A stretch of 64,000 bases of DNA, from the NCBI GenBank assembly GCA_013265495.1, contig MU058198.1, forward strand, positions 7,455,779 to 7,519,778. The letters are read 5' to 3'. The position numbers were made by a program, and so were the translations under genes. Position 1 is the first letter of the stretch, and the number at the start of each line of letters is the position of its first letter. A model generated the notes under the pieces. The model worked only from the letters and a program-made list of their open reading frames with translations. It made no database searches and had not been told where the DNA came from. The stretch comes from Vicugna vicugna. Lineage: Eukaryota. Positions 30,267 to 43,200 of the stretch are shown here, one piece after another.

Positions 30267-33200
30267 CTGTCTGTCTAATTGTCTTTCTGTCTAGGATCAC
30301 AGGGTAAACCTCCCAGCCCTGCCATTCTCTCCTCGTCTTGCTCCAGGAGCTGCAGGGAGGAACTGGGAAGGGCAGGGCACTCCTGCCCAACCAAGCCATT
30401 CTCCAGAAAGTTTCTTGTGCCCAGCTCCTGGAGAGGCAACAGGTACCGTGAGTGTGGGCGACAGTGTTTTGTCTTGTGGCCTATAGTCAGCGGCACAGTG
30501 GCCAGGAAGGAGACCCTCCTGGCAGGGGAATTCCTAGAAAAATGAGGCTTGATTCCCTGCCTTTCATGGCCAACCCATTATCATGTTCTTCTTGGTCACA
30601 GCTCACCAGCCTTCCACACGGTCCCTTAATCCAGGCCCTTGTGTCCCAAGGCCCAGGTTGCTGTGAGAGCAGTTAAGTCCTGGAGGTAGACTCTGGTCCA
30701 AACCTTGCTGCATCCTCACTGCCATTGTGGCCTTGGGCAACTCACTTTGCCTCTTGGAGATTTGGCTTCCTCTTTAGAACAAGAATGAGCCTTGGCTCCT
30801 GAGGGACGGGAGGGCTAAATGAGATGATGCAAGAATTTAGAGCTGACCGTCTCTAGCCACCTCTGCCTCAGTTTTCCTCATCAGCGCGCAGCCCTCAGCC
30901 TGGTGGGCAGGAGAGCCAGGAGTCTGGAGACCCTGTCCTGAGTAATCTGGGAGGACCTGGGGCCACGACCAGACCCTCCAATCCTCCGTTCTATGGATAC
31001 TCTCAGGGTAGGATGCAGGGACTGAGAAGGTGAGGCTGGAGGAGGCCACTCACCTCACCGCCCCAGGCACCTTCTCACCAGGACAGCTGTCTAATCACAG
31101 TTCAGGAGGCTGCCACCAGGAAAGGATGGGGCCTTCTTCCCCAGAGATGTGCATGCCCACAATGTGTATTGAGAACTGTTATTCAGGAATATAGTCTTCA
31201 AATGTGGGACAAGAGGTGAATCCAGGGAGGGATCCACTTGGGAGGTCCCTTCTGCCTCTTTAGAGTCTGAGATTCCAGACTCAAGAACTGCTCCAGAACC
31301 GGCAGTGGCTCCCCAAGGCTTCTCAGGTCAAGTCCTTCCCTCCCAGTGCCTCCTGACCACCAGTGTTCCCTAAGGCTCAGAACCAAGTCCTTCCATTCCA
31401 TTCTCTTCCTCAAAATCTCCCACCCGATGTGGTCAGTTCAAATACTTAGCTGTTATTTTGCCCCCACCCTTGAGGCCTTGCTTTTTCTCTCCATTTGCCG
31501 AACAGACCCGTCTACTCTGCAGTCATCCCAGATTCACCAGCTTCATTTCCTTCCACGCTACCTAGTCATCCTGCACCTCAAGGCCGGGGGTGCCCTCCTC
31601 TGCACCCCTTAGCCAGTAGTTCCTCAGGCCTAGGGGCCCCTGTTGAGTCTGCCCACATCTTCCATCCCCCTGCCCCGGGCCACTGTAGCCCCCTCGTTCT
31701 CATTCCTGAATTATCGCAGTGACTTTCCAACAGCTTGTCCTGCCTCCAGCCCCCTTAGCTTCTCCCCACCCATTGGGTGCCCTGTGGGTCTTCCTGAAAG
31801 TCCCGCCGTGTTCGCCCTCAGAACAACTCCACTGTCCTCGTTCTCAGTAGAGAGGGTTTTTTTTTTTTAATTTTTGGAAATTACAGAACTTTTGTTTTTA
31901 TAAAGTTAACATACCTATGATTAAGTTTTTGAAGACCCACATGTATCACTGGGTAAATAAAATTAATGTATAGAAATATAAATGAAAAGAAACAAAAATC
32001 TATGTATACTGTTTTGGAACCAAATATTTGTGTGAACAGATGATCTGAAATAACTATAGTCACTCACCTTTCAGGGCCTTTCAGTAATCTCATCTGCAAA
32101 ATGACAGGGCAGCTCTGATGTTCTCTAGATGTAACTCTGACTCTACAAATAACTGGTGTATGTAAGTCTTGACTATTTGAAGGAGTTTACATAAGTGCCT
32201 GGAGACAAGAGCTGCTCCAGGGAGGACTCAGGATCGGGAGTAAGAGGGAGACTTAACTTTGTAAACTTTTGTTCTGTTTGATGATTTCTAATTTAGAAAA
32301 AAATAAAACCCAACACTTTCAATGTTAAATATTTAGAGTATATGGTTAGGAATGGAGATTTTGGGATTAAAACATGTTGATTTCCTTTTCAGGTTTGTCC
32401 TAACCCAAGACACATTAAGTCAGATTCAACTGATTTCCTACCCACATGTGACACATGGACTAACCTTCTGGAAAGGTCCCCATCAGCCCTGGGAACAAAT
32501 GCTCTACTGTGGCCTAAGCATGGGAAAGGAGGCTGAAGACAGACAGAGGAGAGTATTATATTGTCACACATATTAGAATACTTCTTTAAAAAATCAGCAA
32601 GCTCTCAAAACACTTGAAGCCTGATTGCACCACTGGCATACCCCAAGGAACCTAGATTTCTGCCTGTACAGCAGTGATGTTCAGAGGGCCTGGCCCCATC
32701 TGAAAGCAGCCTTTCTGCCTCCCTGCACAGCGCTCTCCTGGGTAATCCCCACCCTTACGCAGTGCCAAGTGCTCCACCCCTGCCCTCCCCCACCAAGAGT
32801 AAGGACCTTCCTGCTTCTGGGCCTTTCACCAAGCCCAGGTCCCCTCCATCACCTCTAGAACACTTCCCTCCTCCTGTCCACATAGGACTGTCTGCAAGGT
32901 CCTGGTCAAATGCTAGCCAATTTAAGTCTAGGTTCTTATATTAACTCACACTGAGTAACCATTTTATAACAGCTACTTTCATTCACGTTAAGGCATTTGT
33001 TCCTACTAAAACTTTTGAGAGGCCAGTATTAATCCTCTTTACACTCATGAGGGGATGGGACTTCAAACAAGTCAGCCACAGAGCAACTGTGAGGTCTTGG
33101 GATCTGGGGGTCTTGGATTTTCCAGCTCCAAGTCAGGGGCTTCCCTCCTTCAAAATCCAGCTAAATCTTATCTCTTCCTTCCCTGACTACAATGTCACCT

Positions 33201-33419
33201 ATGAAACTGCCCTCACCTTTGTCTGGGTCTGACCTCAGGGATTCCTAAGTTTTACTCACATCTTTGCCACATCTGGGTACCCACTGTACTGTTTATTTAA
33301 CACATTTCTTTTCAGTTTGACTCATTTTTCTTAACTGAAAGAAACATATCTGAGAAGGAAACTCAATGTCAGTATGGTAAACAGAAAACTGCTTGTTACA
33401 AATTATGAATCTAAAAATA

Positions 33420-34700
33420 AATACAATGTAAAATTAACTCAAAGTGGTTCAAAGTCCTAAATTTAACACCTAAAACCATAAAACTTTTAGAAGAAAACGT
33501 AAGTGTAAATCTTCATGACCTTGGATTTGGCAATGGTTGCTTAGATATGATACCAAAAATATGAGCAATGAAAGAAAAAACAGGTAAATTGGATTTAATC
33601 AGAAGTTAAAAATTTTGTACATCAAAGGAAGCTATCAAGAAGGTTGAAAACAACCCACAGAATGGGTGGAAACATTAGCAATCCATCTATCCGATAAGGG
33701 ACTTGTATCCAGAGTATAGGAAATACTATTACAATTCAACAATAAAGACAAATAACCCAATTTGAAAATGGTCAAAGAACTTGAATGGACATTTCTCCAA
33801 AGAAGATATCCAAATGGCCAAAAAACACATGAAAAGATGTTCAGTATTATGAGTTATTAGGGAAATGCAAATCAAAACCACAATGCGATGCCACTTCATT
33901 TCCACTAGGATGGTTATAATAATAATAATTTTTAAAAACCTGAAAATAACCAGTGTTGGTAAGGACGTGAAGAAATTGGAATCCTTGTAACATTGCTGGT
34001 AGAAACATAAAATGGTGTCGCCGCTGTGGAAAACAAGTTAGCTGTTCCTCAAAAAGTTAAACATAGAATTAACATCTGACCCAGAAATTCCAGGTATATG
34101 CCCAAAAGAAATGAAAACATACGTCCACAAAAAAAACTTGTACACAAATGCTCAAAGCAGCACTATTCGTAATAACCAAAAAGTGGTAACCACCTCAACG
34201 CCCATCAACTAATAAATGGATAAAATGCAATCTGTATGCATACAATGGACTATTATTCAGCTATAAAAGGAATGAAACATGCTAACTTGCTAAAACATGC
34301 TAAATAACTTGCTAAAACATGGATGAACCTTGAAAATATTACGCTAAGTGAAAGAAATCAGATATAAAAGGCTGCAGTATTTTATAATTCTGTTTATAGG
34401 AAGGAACCAGAATAGGCAAATACATAAGGACAGAAAGCACTAATTCAAAAAGATACAGGCACTCCTTTGCTCATTGTGGCAGTATTTACAAAGGCTCAGC
34501 AACAGATGAATGGATAAGGATGAGGTATACATATACAATGGAATACTACGCAAACACAAGAAGATGAAATATTGCCATTTGTGACAACATGGATGGACCT
34601 CGAGAGTTTATGCTAATCGAAGTAAATCAGACAGAGAAAAAACAAATATTGTATGATTTCACTTATATGTGGAATATAAAAAACAAACAAAAGACAAAAT
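33420..34700 (+). mobile_element. LINE-1 fragments (ORF2 3' end and 3'UTR)
   Basis: Typical L1 text such as GACATTTCTCCAAAGAAGATATCCAAATGGCC, GGAAATGCAAATCAAAACCACAATG, CATGGATGAACCTTGAAAA; degenerate. Confidence 0.85.
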
Positions 34701-35039
34701 AAATGATCGGGGGGAGAGTATCGCTCAGTGGTAGAGTGTAATGTATAAGAACAAAAAACTGAGGCAGTGTAAATATTCAGCAACAGGAAAATGAGCCAGC
34801 AAACTACGGCATATATAGTAAATACAGAAGGAACTGTATATACAGCTATTAAAATCAATGAAGCAAAACTTACAACTATGTTTTTTCTAAAAAGCTTAGG
34901 AAAGAATACAGAAAGCATATACAATAAAATGCAAAAATGGCTGAACTAGGAACAGATGAAAAACGAGTGATTTAATTTTTAAATGTTTTCTGTAGGATGG
35001 TTATACTACTTTTCTAGGGCAAAAAATATGTGTTGTTAT

Positions 35040-35445
35040 TTCTTGCCTTCTAACAGGCATGAGGTGATACCTCATTGTGGTTCTGATTTGCATTTCGCTA
35101 ATGATTAGTGATGTTGAACTTCTTTTCATGTGCCTCTTGGCCATCTGTATGTCTTCTTTGGAAAAATGTCTATTCAGCTCCTCTGCCCATTTTTAAAATC
35201 AAGTAGTTTGAGTTGTTGTTATTGCTGACTTGTATCAGTTCTTTATAGATTTTGGATATTAACCCCTTATCAGATATATCACTCACAAATATCTTCTTCT
35301 GTTCGGTAGGTTGTCTTTTCGTTGTGTTGGTGGTTTCCTTTGCTGTACACAAGCTTTTTAGTTTGATGTAGTCCCATGGGCTTATTTTTCCTTTTGTTTT
35401 CCTTGCCTGAGGAGTCATATCTGGAAAGATATTGCTAAGACCATC
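35040..35445 (-). mobile_element. LINE-1 ORF2 fragment
   Basis: Minus translation WDYIKLKSLCTAKETT...KRQPTE.KKIF..DISDKGLISKIYKELIQ is L1 ORF2 C-terminal sequence. Confidence 0.88.
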
Positions 35446-37339
35446 GTGACAGCCCCTAGACCAGAACCCGGCATGAGTGAGCACTGGGTCACTGTCAATC
35501 CCCATCCCTGTTTTCGTGGAATACATGCTTCTGGGCTCCTAGTGATCATCACTTTCCTTATGGGTGTCTTAGAGGTTGAGCTTTGTCAGGTTATCATCAC
35601 TTGACTAATGGCTTCTGACTGCTGAGAGGTTCTTCTTTTGCTTTGTAGGTTTGTTTATTTCCAAAAACAGGTTCCTAAGGAGAACTATGAAGCCAGAGAT
35701 ATGCAGCCTTCCCTAAGATTAATGGCCTCAGATACTAAAAAGACACCGTTAAGTTGGTACCATAAGGGGGGATGAGGGAATCTGGCAGTTGTGTTTGTTT
35801 CTTTATTTATACCCTGCTTGGTTTCAAAAAGGACTTGAGGCCTTACAACAGGTGCCTGGCATCTAGTAAGACTCATAGCTGCTAAATGCTGGCCCTTACT
35901 GCTGATAGTAGCGGTAGTAATAGAAATAACAAGAGAACAAATAAAATGGCAAAGGGAAAAGAAGGGTGCAAATGATGATTAAATATGAATCCAGGTTTGG
36001 GACACAATACATATGTATAAAGCTCTGTTTGCACAATTACTAAAAGTGGGTGACAGATTTGCTGAGCTTTCTAAAAGCCCGAGCAAACACTGGGTACATA
36101 AACTCAGTGAGGCTTAGGAGAAGAACGTTCTCCTGTGAGCCCTCATCTACATGACGTTTTGCAATGCCAAGCACCACGTCTTCAACTCATCCCCCAATTC
36201 TGGATCCAGTCCAACACAGAGACAGATGGGCAAACAAAGCCGGAATGGCCCATGATGTGAGCGTGGTTGCATCAATTCAGCCAGTCATGTTTTTAAAGCC
36301 ACTGTTACAAATTATACATCCCAGCTATAAACAATCCCAACAAGGGGATTCACTACAACAGGTAACCTTTGGCTTTTTGGTAGATACACAGTATCTCCTC
36401 CTTGCCAGCTCCAGGAGCCACTCACAAAGAATGAAACATGGTGGCCCTAGCAATACCCAGCTGGTAAGAAGATGATATTGTTTCAAGCTGTTAAAGCGGA
36501 TAGTATTTGGAGGTTTTGTTGTTTATCCGGTTTTTCACTCTTGAGATCTGATCACTAGATTTGAAACAAGACTGCCTTTTACAGGGGCAATCAAGCTGTT
36601 CTGGCTTCCAGCTGTTCAGTCTCCAGATCATCTGTCCAGCCTTCTTCCTTTTTTCTCGATGTCCAGAGCCTATAACCCCAGAGGGCTTGAGTTTGATCTT
36701 CTTCCTTCTATTTTAACTAGCAACTTTTGTGCCAAGCATTTTCCACATTTTGCCATAACTCTGGCAGGTGGCAACTGCTGTCCCTATCTTATGCTGTAGA
36801 AGTAGTTCAGAGATATATGAAGTACCTTGCCCAAGGTCACCTTGTTAGGTAAGAGCTGTGATTTAATGCAGCCTCGTAAGGCTCAATGTCTTTCCTCTTC
36901 TCCATACCATGCCATCTACTCACCAATCATCCATCTGAGGGTCTGATTGAGAATTCCGTCTGAGTTAAACGTCAAGATATCTGGCCTTTGATTGGTATTA
37001 ATACTATCTTTCCTTCCCCTTTTTTGAAAATTGTGATTTCATTTGTCTGTCTCCAGTCTTTTGTACCTTCTCTTAAAGGAGTCAGGTAGCTTGGAGATCA
37101 TTGGCAAATTTTCTCATTTTCTTTGTGCAAGTCAGATCAGGAGGTGTGACTTAGTTAAAAGCAGCATGATGCTTTCTTAAAATTTCACACCTCCAATATC
37201 AGGTTTCAATTTTCTCTTACCAGTGTTGGTCATAAAACAAACCTCTTAGAGCTGAAATGAAAAAAAATAGAAAAGCCCGCACTTATCTGTGCTACAATCA
37301 ACTTGATTTTTATAATCATGTTTTTAAATAAAATATATC

Positions 37340-37477
37340 TTTTTTGTTTGTTTTTGGTGGAGGAGGTAATTAGGTTCATTTTATTTGTTCTATTTTAATG
37401 GAGGTACTGGGGATTGAACCCAGGACCTCATGCATGCTAAGCACACACTCTACCACTGAGATATACTCTCCCCTCTT
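37340..37477 (-). mobile_element. tRNA-Ala-like SINE (camelid Vic-1-like) with target-site duplication
   Basis: Minus reads GGGGAGAGTATATCTCAGTGGTAGAGTGTGTGCTTAGCATGCATGAGGTCCTGGGTTCAATCCCCAGTACCTCC + A-rich tail; flanked by AAAATATA(T/C)CTTTTT repeats at about 37330 and 37478. A 5' fragment of the same head lies at 34709-34740 (+). Confidence 0.85.
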
Positions 37478-39629
37478 AAAATATACCTTTTTGTTGATTG
37501 AAAAAAAAAAAAACTAGCCTCTTAATGCAGTTAAAAACCATGAAACACTATTTTTAACCTAACAGACTTTCAAATATAAATGGTTTGATTATGTACTACG
37601 TGCAGAAATAGATACTCTCAAACATTATTGGTAAGAGTTACATCTGCATGCACTGCCTCTTTGGAAGAAGGAAAATTTGGCTACACTGAAGAAAATGCCC
37701 ACACTCTTTGACCCAACAATTCTATTTCTAGATCCTACAGGCTTGGTGACACGTGGACACAAAGATGTATGCACAATCCTATGCATTGAAATATTGTTTT
37801 TATAGCAAAAGACTACAAATAACCTACAGGTCCACCAATAGGGGAGCTGATTAAATAAATTATGGTGTAGCCATATAATGGACTACTCAGCTGCTGTGAA
37901 AAAAGTGACATAGCTATGTACAAACTGACACGAAACATTCTGAGGAAAACCAAGTATCCACAATGTGCTTTCATTTTTGTGTTTTTCTAAAAGGAGATGC
38001 TTGCATATGCATAAACTGTCCCTAGAAAGATACATAAGAAACTGGTAACATGCTCACCTCGGGAGATGATGATAAAGGATGAGGCAGGAGGGTGGCTTGC
38101 TTTGCACTTTTACCTTTTTATACTATTTGAATTTTTTTTCAAAATATGAAAAGAAGTGAAAAAGAAAAATGTAAAAGAAAGCTTGGGAAACATCGACCCT
38201 CTATTGTACGGACATGGTTTTCCTTCCTGGAGAAAGTGCGGATGATCTTTGAACCACCGTGGCCTCACACTCCTCTTCGTGCCTTGGGTACCTTAAGTGA
38301 GACGCTGGATGCCTTGTTCTGATTAGAGTCCTGACACTAAACCACTAACTTGTGGAGTGATCCCGGGAAAGCTTTCTCAGTGTTAAGGCACAGAAATGAC
38401 AAGAAGAACAATGTCTGACCCTCTCCAAGCTTAAACCAGGAAGAGGGAGCCACATGGCCAAAGACATGGGGGCGGGGAGAGATTTCGTGCCCACCAACTC
38501 TAGTCCTTCATCTCCCATCATCCCTCACCCCTTTTACTCACAGCTTCAAGGCCCACCCTCCACAGGCTGCTCTCTTGCATGACTAACTAGTTGCTAAATC
38601 CCCAGGGAATGACAGGAAGAAAGGACAGCCACCCACATTCTCCAAGCTTCAGCAACTCTAAGGACCTTTAATAGTACTAAGCACTGGAAACTGCCCAGAG
38701 GGACCCTGAAGAGTCAGAACTGGAAGAAATAGCCAGTAAGGCTGGCCTCTGAGGTTTCCACTGGGTGTGTGAAAGGTTGGGTTGGATGGTAATTGTTTTT
38801 GCACATAAAAACTTTTTAGTTTATCCTTAAAGCATATACTCAATGCCTTTCTCTCTTTGGATGTCTGCAATTTGCTTTTTTTCAAGGTCACAAGATCCTT
38901 TTCTTTAAGCCAGGATTGTGTCCATTCTGGGGCAGCACCTTTCATTATTGACTTTTATGCTGTTGGAGGAATTAGGTGATTTTGCACAGCCTCCTCAGCT
39001 CTGGACCAACTAGAAATCCACGTCTCTGACATCACTATGGGTTTTGATGCTTTAGTCTGGCATGCCCAGAAAAAGTTTTTAAAATCAGAGATGCAGTGTG
39101 GAGGAGAAGAATCAGGCGCCCTGGAATCAGAGGGCCTTGAGTTCAAATCAGACTTGGACTCAGTTACATAAAATGGGAAGAAGAATAATACCCCCTTCAC
39201 AGAATCGCCTTACCGCCATGGAGCTAAGGTCTGTAAGGAACCTAGGAAGAAGGCCCTCAATAAATAGCAGCTCTTACTATCATCTGTATCATGTTCCTTA
39301 TTCTCATGTCACAAAACTGACCCTCTACTAATAGCCCTTTTTCAAAAAGGTAGCAGTAAAATAATAATAGGAGGAGGAAGAAGAAGGGGAAGGACAAGGA
39401 GGAGGAGGAGGAGAAGAAGAAGTAGCGTTTATTGAGCAATTACTACGTGTCACACTCTTCTAAGTGTTGACATGTATTAATTCCTTGAATCCTTACAGCA
39501 AGCCTTTAAGCTAGACATGGTTATGCTTGCGGATAGGAAAGCCCAGGCTCAGAGAGGTGAGATAACTGACCTTAGCTGAGCTGGGATAGAAACCCAGGCG
39601 GCGGGGCTCTGCTCTCCTGATCTAGGCAC

Positions 39630-40200
39630 CAGAACCATCAAAACGTCCGCCAGAGCGAACACCAGACCCCTCCGCCTTTCTCGGGGAGCAAGTGAACCAA
39701 TTCCTCCCAAGGCCGAGTTCGCCTGCCGGGGCCGAAGGGGTTATTCCCACTGAGACGCCGGCGCCCCGGGCTCCTAGAGCGGCCGCGCTGGGGGCGGGAG
39801 GAAAATGCGCTTCCGGCGGGTGTCGGGACTCGGGAATCCGACGGACTGGCTCGGCGCTGGGGCGCTCGGGCCCCGCCTCGGCCTGGGCCTCCCGGCGTGG
39901 AGGATGTGCCGGGGACCCGCGGAGGGGCAGGGCTCCGCGAAGGGCCTCCCTGGCCCGTGGGCTCCAGAAAGCGGGGGCTGGGAGCTGGGGAGCGGAGGGC
40001 CGGGCCGCGCAGACCAGGGCCCCCGCGGGGGGTGCGGGGAGGGGCGCCTGTGAACTTGGCCGCCCGGGAGGCTTCTGGTCTCGCCCCAGCGGGCTGGTCC
40101 GGGGAGGCGAGAGGCGGCGGCCGTTTCTCCTGGAAGGGCCAGCCGCCCGGTCCCTCCCCGAGACCTCGAACCTTCCCGAGCCCGGGGTAAGAAAGCGCTC
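39630..40200 (-). pseudogene. CpG-rich decayed C2H2 zinc-finger exon (relic 2)
   Basis: Minus fragments AGARPEASRAAKF, AHGPGRPFA, GSAFSSRP...RRLSGNNPF, WCSLWRTF resemble HTGE(K/R)P(Y/F)xCxxCGKxF units; no intact finger. Confidence 0.45.
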
Positions 40201-43200
40201 GCTCGTTCCTCCCCCCTCCCAAGTACTGGCCCGTCCGCCTCCTTAATCCCCGCAACCGCCCCGAGAAGCAGGTGGTATCACTCCAACTTTGTAGACGACT
40301 TATTTATAAGGTCAGTTTATAAACGAGCTTGTCCCGGACTCTCAGTCGGCCAGGAGCAGAGCCAGGACCGTGGCGCGCTGGTTAGGACCAGGGGCTCATC
40401 ACCCGGTCACGGTTGGAGGGACGCCTCCAGCATCAGGCTAACTTCTCTAAACTCAGCAGGCCTAAAAACCAACCAGGTTGGCATTTCGTTTTCTGGCAAG
40501 AGAGCTGGTTCATTCTAAGTAAAGTTGGAACCCCAGTTACCTTTTCTATTGCCGTTCTCCTCTGCTTTCCTCATCTTACCATCTTTTAGTCTTTTCTTCC
40601 TTTCTTTCTCCAACCTGTCTTTCCACTCCCACTGCCACCGTCTTTTTTTTTTTTTTTTTGCCCCTTTTTTTTTTGCAAACCTGAGTAAAAAAAAAAATGC
40701 CACTTTTATTGTGGCAAACCTGAGTTAATTGCAGTAACCTTCAAACCTGACTGCTTCCCAAGTTACTTCACATGCCACACCTCGTCACTTTACTCCACAG
40801 GTCCCCAGACCCTGGCATCCAGCCACTCCCCTGTTCAAAGAACCTTTTTAGTCTAAATAACTAAAGCTGTTTAGAGGCTCAAGTTGAACCTCTAGAGCAT
40901 GACCATTCAAGGCCATTTGAAACTTCACTTTAGCCCAGCTTTCTAACCTGATCTCTCTTGGTTCCCTAAATAGAGGTTCTGGACTGATAGCTACAATTGG
41001 AAAATGTGTTCCAACTGGTAGGCACTTTCTTTTTAAAATTCAAATTGCTATTTACTTTCACAGTGGAAGATAACATTTTGTTAAAAAAAAACAACCCAGA
41101 TTTCTGGTTTTTGATTCATCAATAGAGCTGGAAACAGATGGCCCAGGTTCTTGCATCTAGCAACTGGTTTGAACTGAGCGGTGTCTGCCCCCTTTTAGAC
41201 AAGGCTGCTTCCTAGTCCACCTTAGTCCTGTCCACTCCCAGATCCTCCCTGTCTCTGAGTCTGAGGGTCAGCTCTTGTGCATGCACTAATGTTTTTCCTA
41301 GAATAGAGAAGCAGGCTTTTGGTTCCTGGGTCTCCATCAAAAGTGCCCAAATGGAAAGGAAACCCAGAGGGACATGTGCGTAGATACAACAGAGGGGAAG
41401 CTCCCAGCCTCCTTCACCCATTTCCTTTTCTTTCTTGGACCCCATTTCCATTTGAATTTCCCACTCAGGCCCTACAGGAACCCTCACATATGGCCAGATT
41501 AATGCCTCACAGCCTCTCAAATGAACCCGAGGACCGTATCTTTGCACTATCTTCTCTAGTGAGTAAATTCTACTCAGCTATGTCCATAGCTAGTCTCCTA
41601 GTCTGTGAAACCTTTCCTGACGACCGTCATCCAACCAACTCCGTCTGTCTCATCAGCATTTCTGGAGGCCAGGCGCTGGGTTAGACAGGTATGACCCAAC
41701 CACCGTCATGTTTCCCTCCTCTGGATTTCTATAGCTGTGCCTGAGTCAATGTCCTAGAAAACATCTTGCACATGGTAGGCAATCAATAACGATCAACTGG
41801 TAAATGGCCCAGTCACACATGTCTTGTTCCTCTAGTAGGACTATAGTATATTTGAGGGCAGGGTCTAAGTTGTATCTGTCTTTGCACTGCCCTAGCAACC
41901 GTGACAATGCCTGGCACATAGAAGACGCGTGGTAATGGCTAAGGAAATATATTCCAGACCAGCAATAAATACCGAGTTTCAATCCTGTCCCATGGCTGGA
42001 AGCAGCAGCCCCCCAACACCACCCCCCAGCCCCTGTGGCACAGAGGAGTGGAGGGGGAGCCCCAGGGAAGAGAGAGGGGAGGCTTACTCAGTCCTGAAAG
42101 CCAGAAGCACCTCTTGGACCCTCAACCTGGAGGCTCTGCTCAGGATTCAGCCAAAGCTACATCTAGGACAGAGCTGTATCTATGTGACCTTGTGAGCAAA
42201 ACCCAACCTGATTCTGATTCTGAATTCCAAGCTCTAGAATAACAACAATGGTTATTGTGTACCGAGGTGCTCTCTGAGCCAAGCACTGCCCGGTGCTTCA
42301 CACCCATGGCCTTCCAGCCTCACCAGCGCCGTGGAGTCAATACTGTGAGTATATTCTCTTTACAGACAGGCAAAAGCTCTAATGCCTGAGTAACTCGCTG
42401 AAGGCCACAGAGTAACAGGCTGAGCCAGGAGCTAAGTCCACGTGGGCTGATTCCAGGGCTCCTGAGTTTAGCCCTGTGCTCATTCCAAATATCTGAGGGT
42501 CTACTTATTACCAGAGAACTGCACACTTAAAAATGGTTAAGATAGTAAATTTTATGTTATGTGTATTTTAACTCAATTTTTTAAAGTGAAAAAAAATAGT
42601 AGGCTAAAGGAGGATTTGGCTGAACTCAGGGACTTGGTCGTCAGCTTTATTTGGGTTCTGGATTATATCATTTTCTCTCACATCCTTCTTTAACTCTCTA
42701 CCTAAGGAATAAAAACATATATCTTCAGAACCAGTAAACTCTTTAAAAGCCCCAAGAGAAAACTTCAGATTAAAAAAAAAATCAGACTAACAATGTAGCT
42801 TCAAACTCTTGAATAACAAGCCTGTATTCACAGGAGGAAGTCACAAGGGGGAGAGGTAGCTTTGCAAAGAAAGAGCCAAGAGGGGACGCTATCATGGACC
42901 GAACACCTACTGTGTGCCAGGGATTGACAGGCGCTTTCGTATTTGATCTCACTGCGTCCTTACAAATATGAAGGTATTATCATCCCATTGTGTGGGAGAG
43001 GGAAGTGAAGTTTTGAAATGTTACGTAATTTTGCAAACGTTAAACTGATACTGAGGGCTGGAGCTTAGGTCAGAAACCAATTCTGGTAGTCAGAAAGGTG
43101 TCTGGCATTCATTTCTTCTGTGTCTCTGGATAGAATGATCCAGTCAAGGAAACTAACTAGTCCCTCACTGCCCAAACATTCCAGATTTCTCTCTCCTTGT

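Noticed and set aside
31198..31413. LPVLEQFLSL peptide resembling the SCAN motif LLVLEQFL
   Set aside because: The DNA (GGGGAGCCACTG...GTTCTGGAGCAG) fits a degenerate L2-type repeat; the rest of the domain is absent.
35640..36800. Possible coding exons (103-aa ORF at 36164)
   Set aside because: Reads like a very old LINE remnant (L4/RTE-like by recollection); family not established confidently enough to list.
37399..37473. Possible tRNA-Ala gene
   Set aside because: Followed by an A-rich tail and flanked by a TSD, so a SINE rather than a tRNA gene.
39638..40255. 205-aa and 184-aa ORFs as intact genes
   Set aside because: Non-ATG starts and low-complexity GC-driven translation; better explained as a decayed exon.
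40640..40730. Poly-T/poly-A tracts with direct repeat GCAAACCTGAGT (about 40675 and 40714)
   Set aside because: Probably a small local duplication or slippage; no function can be supported.
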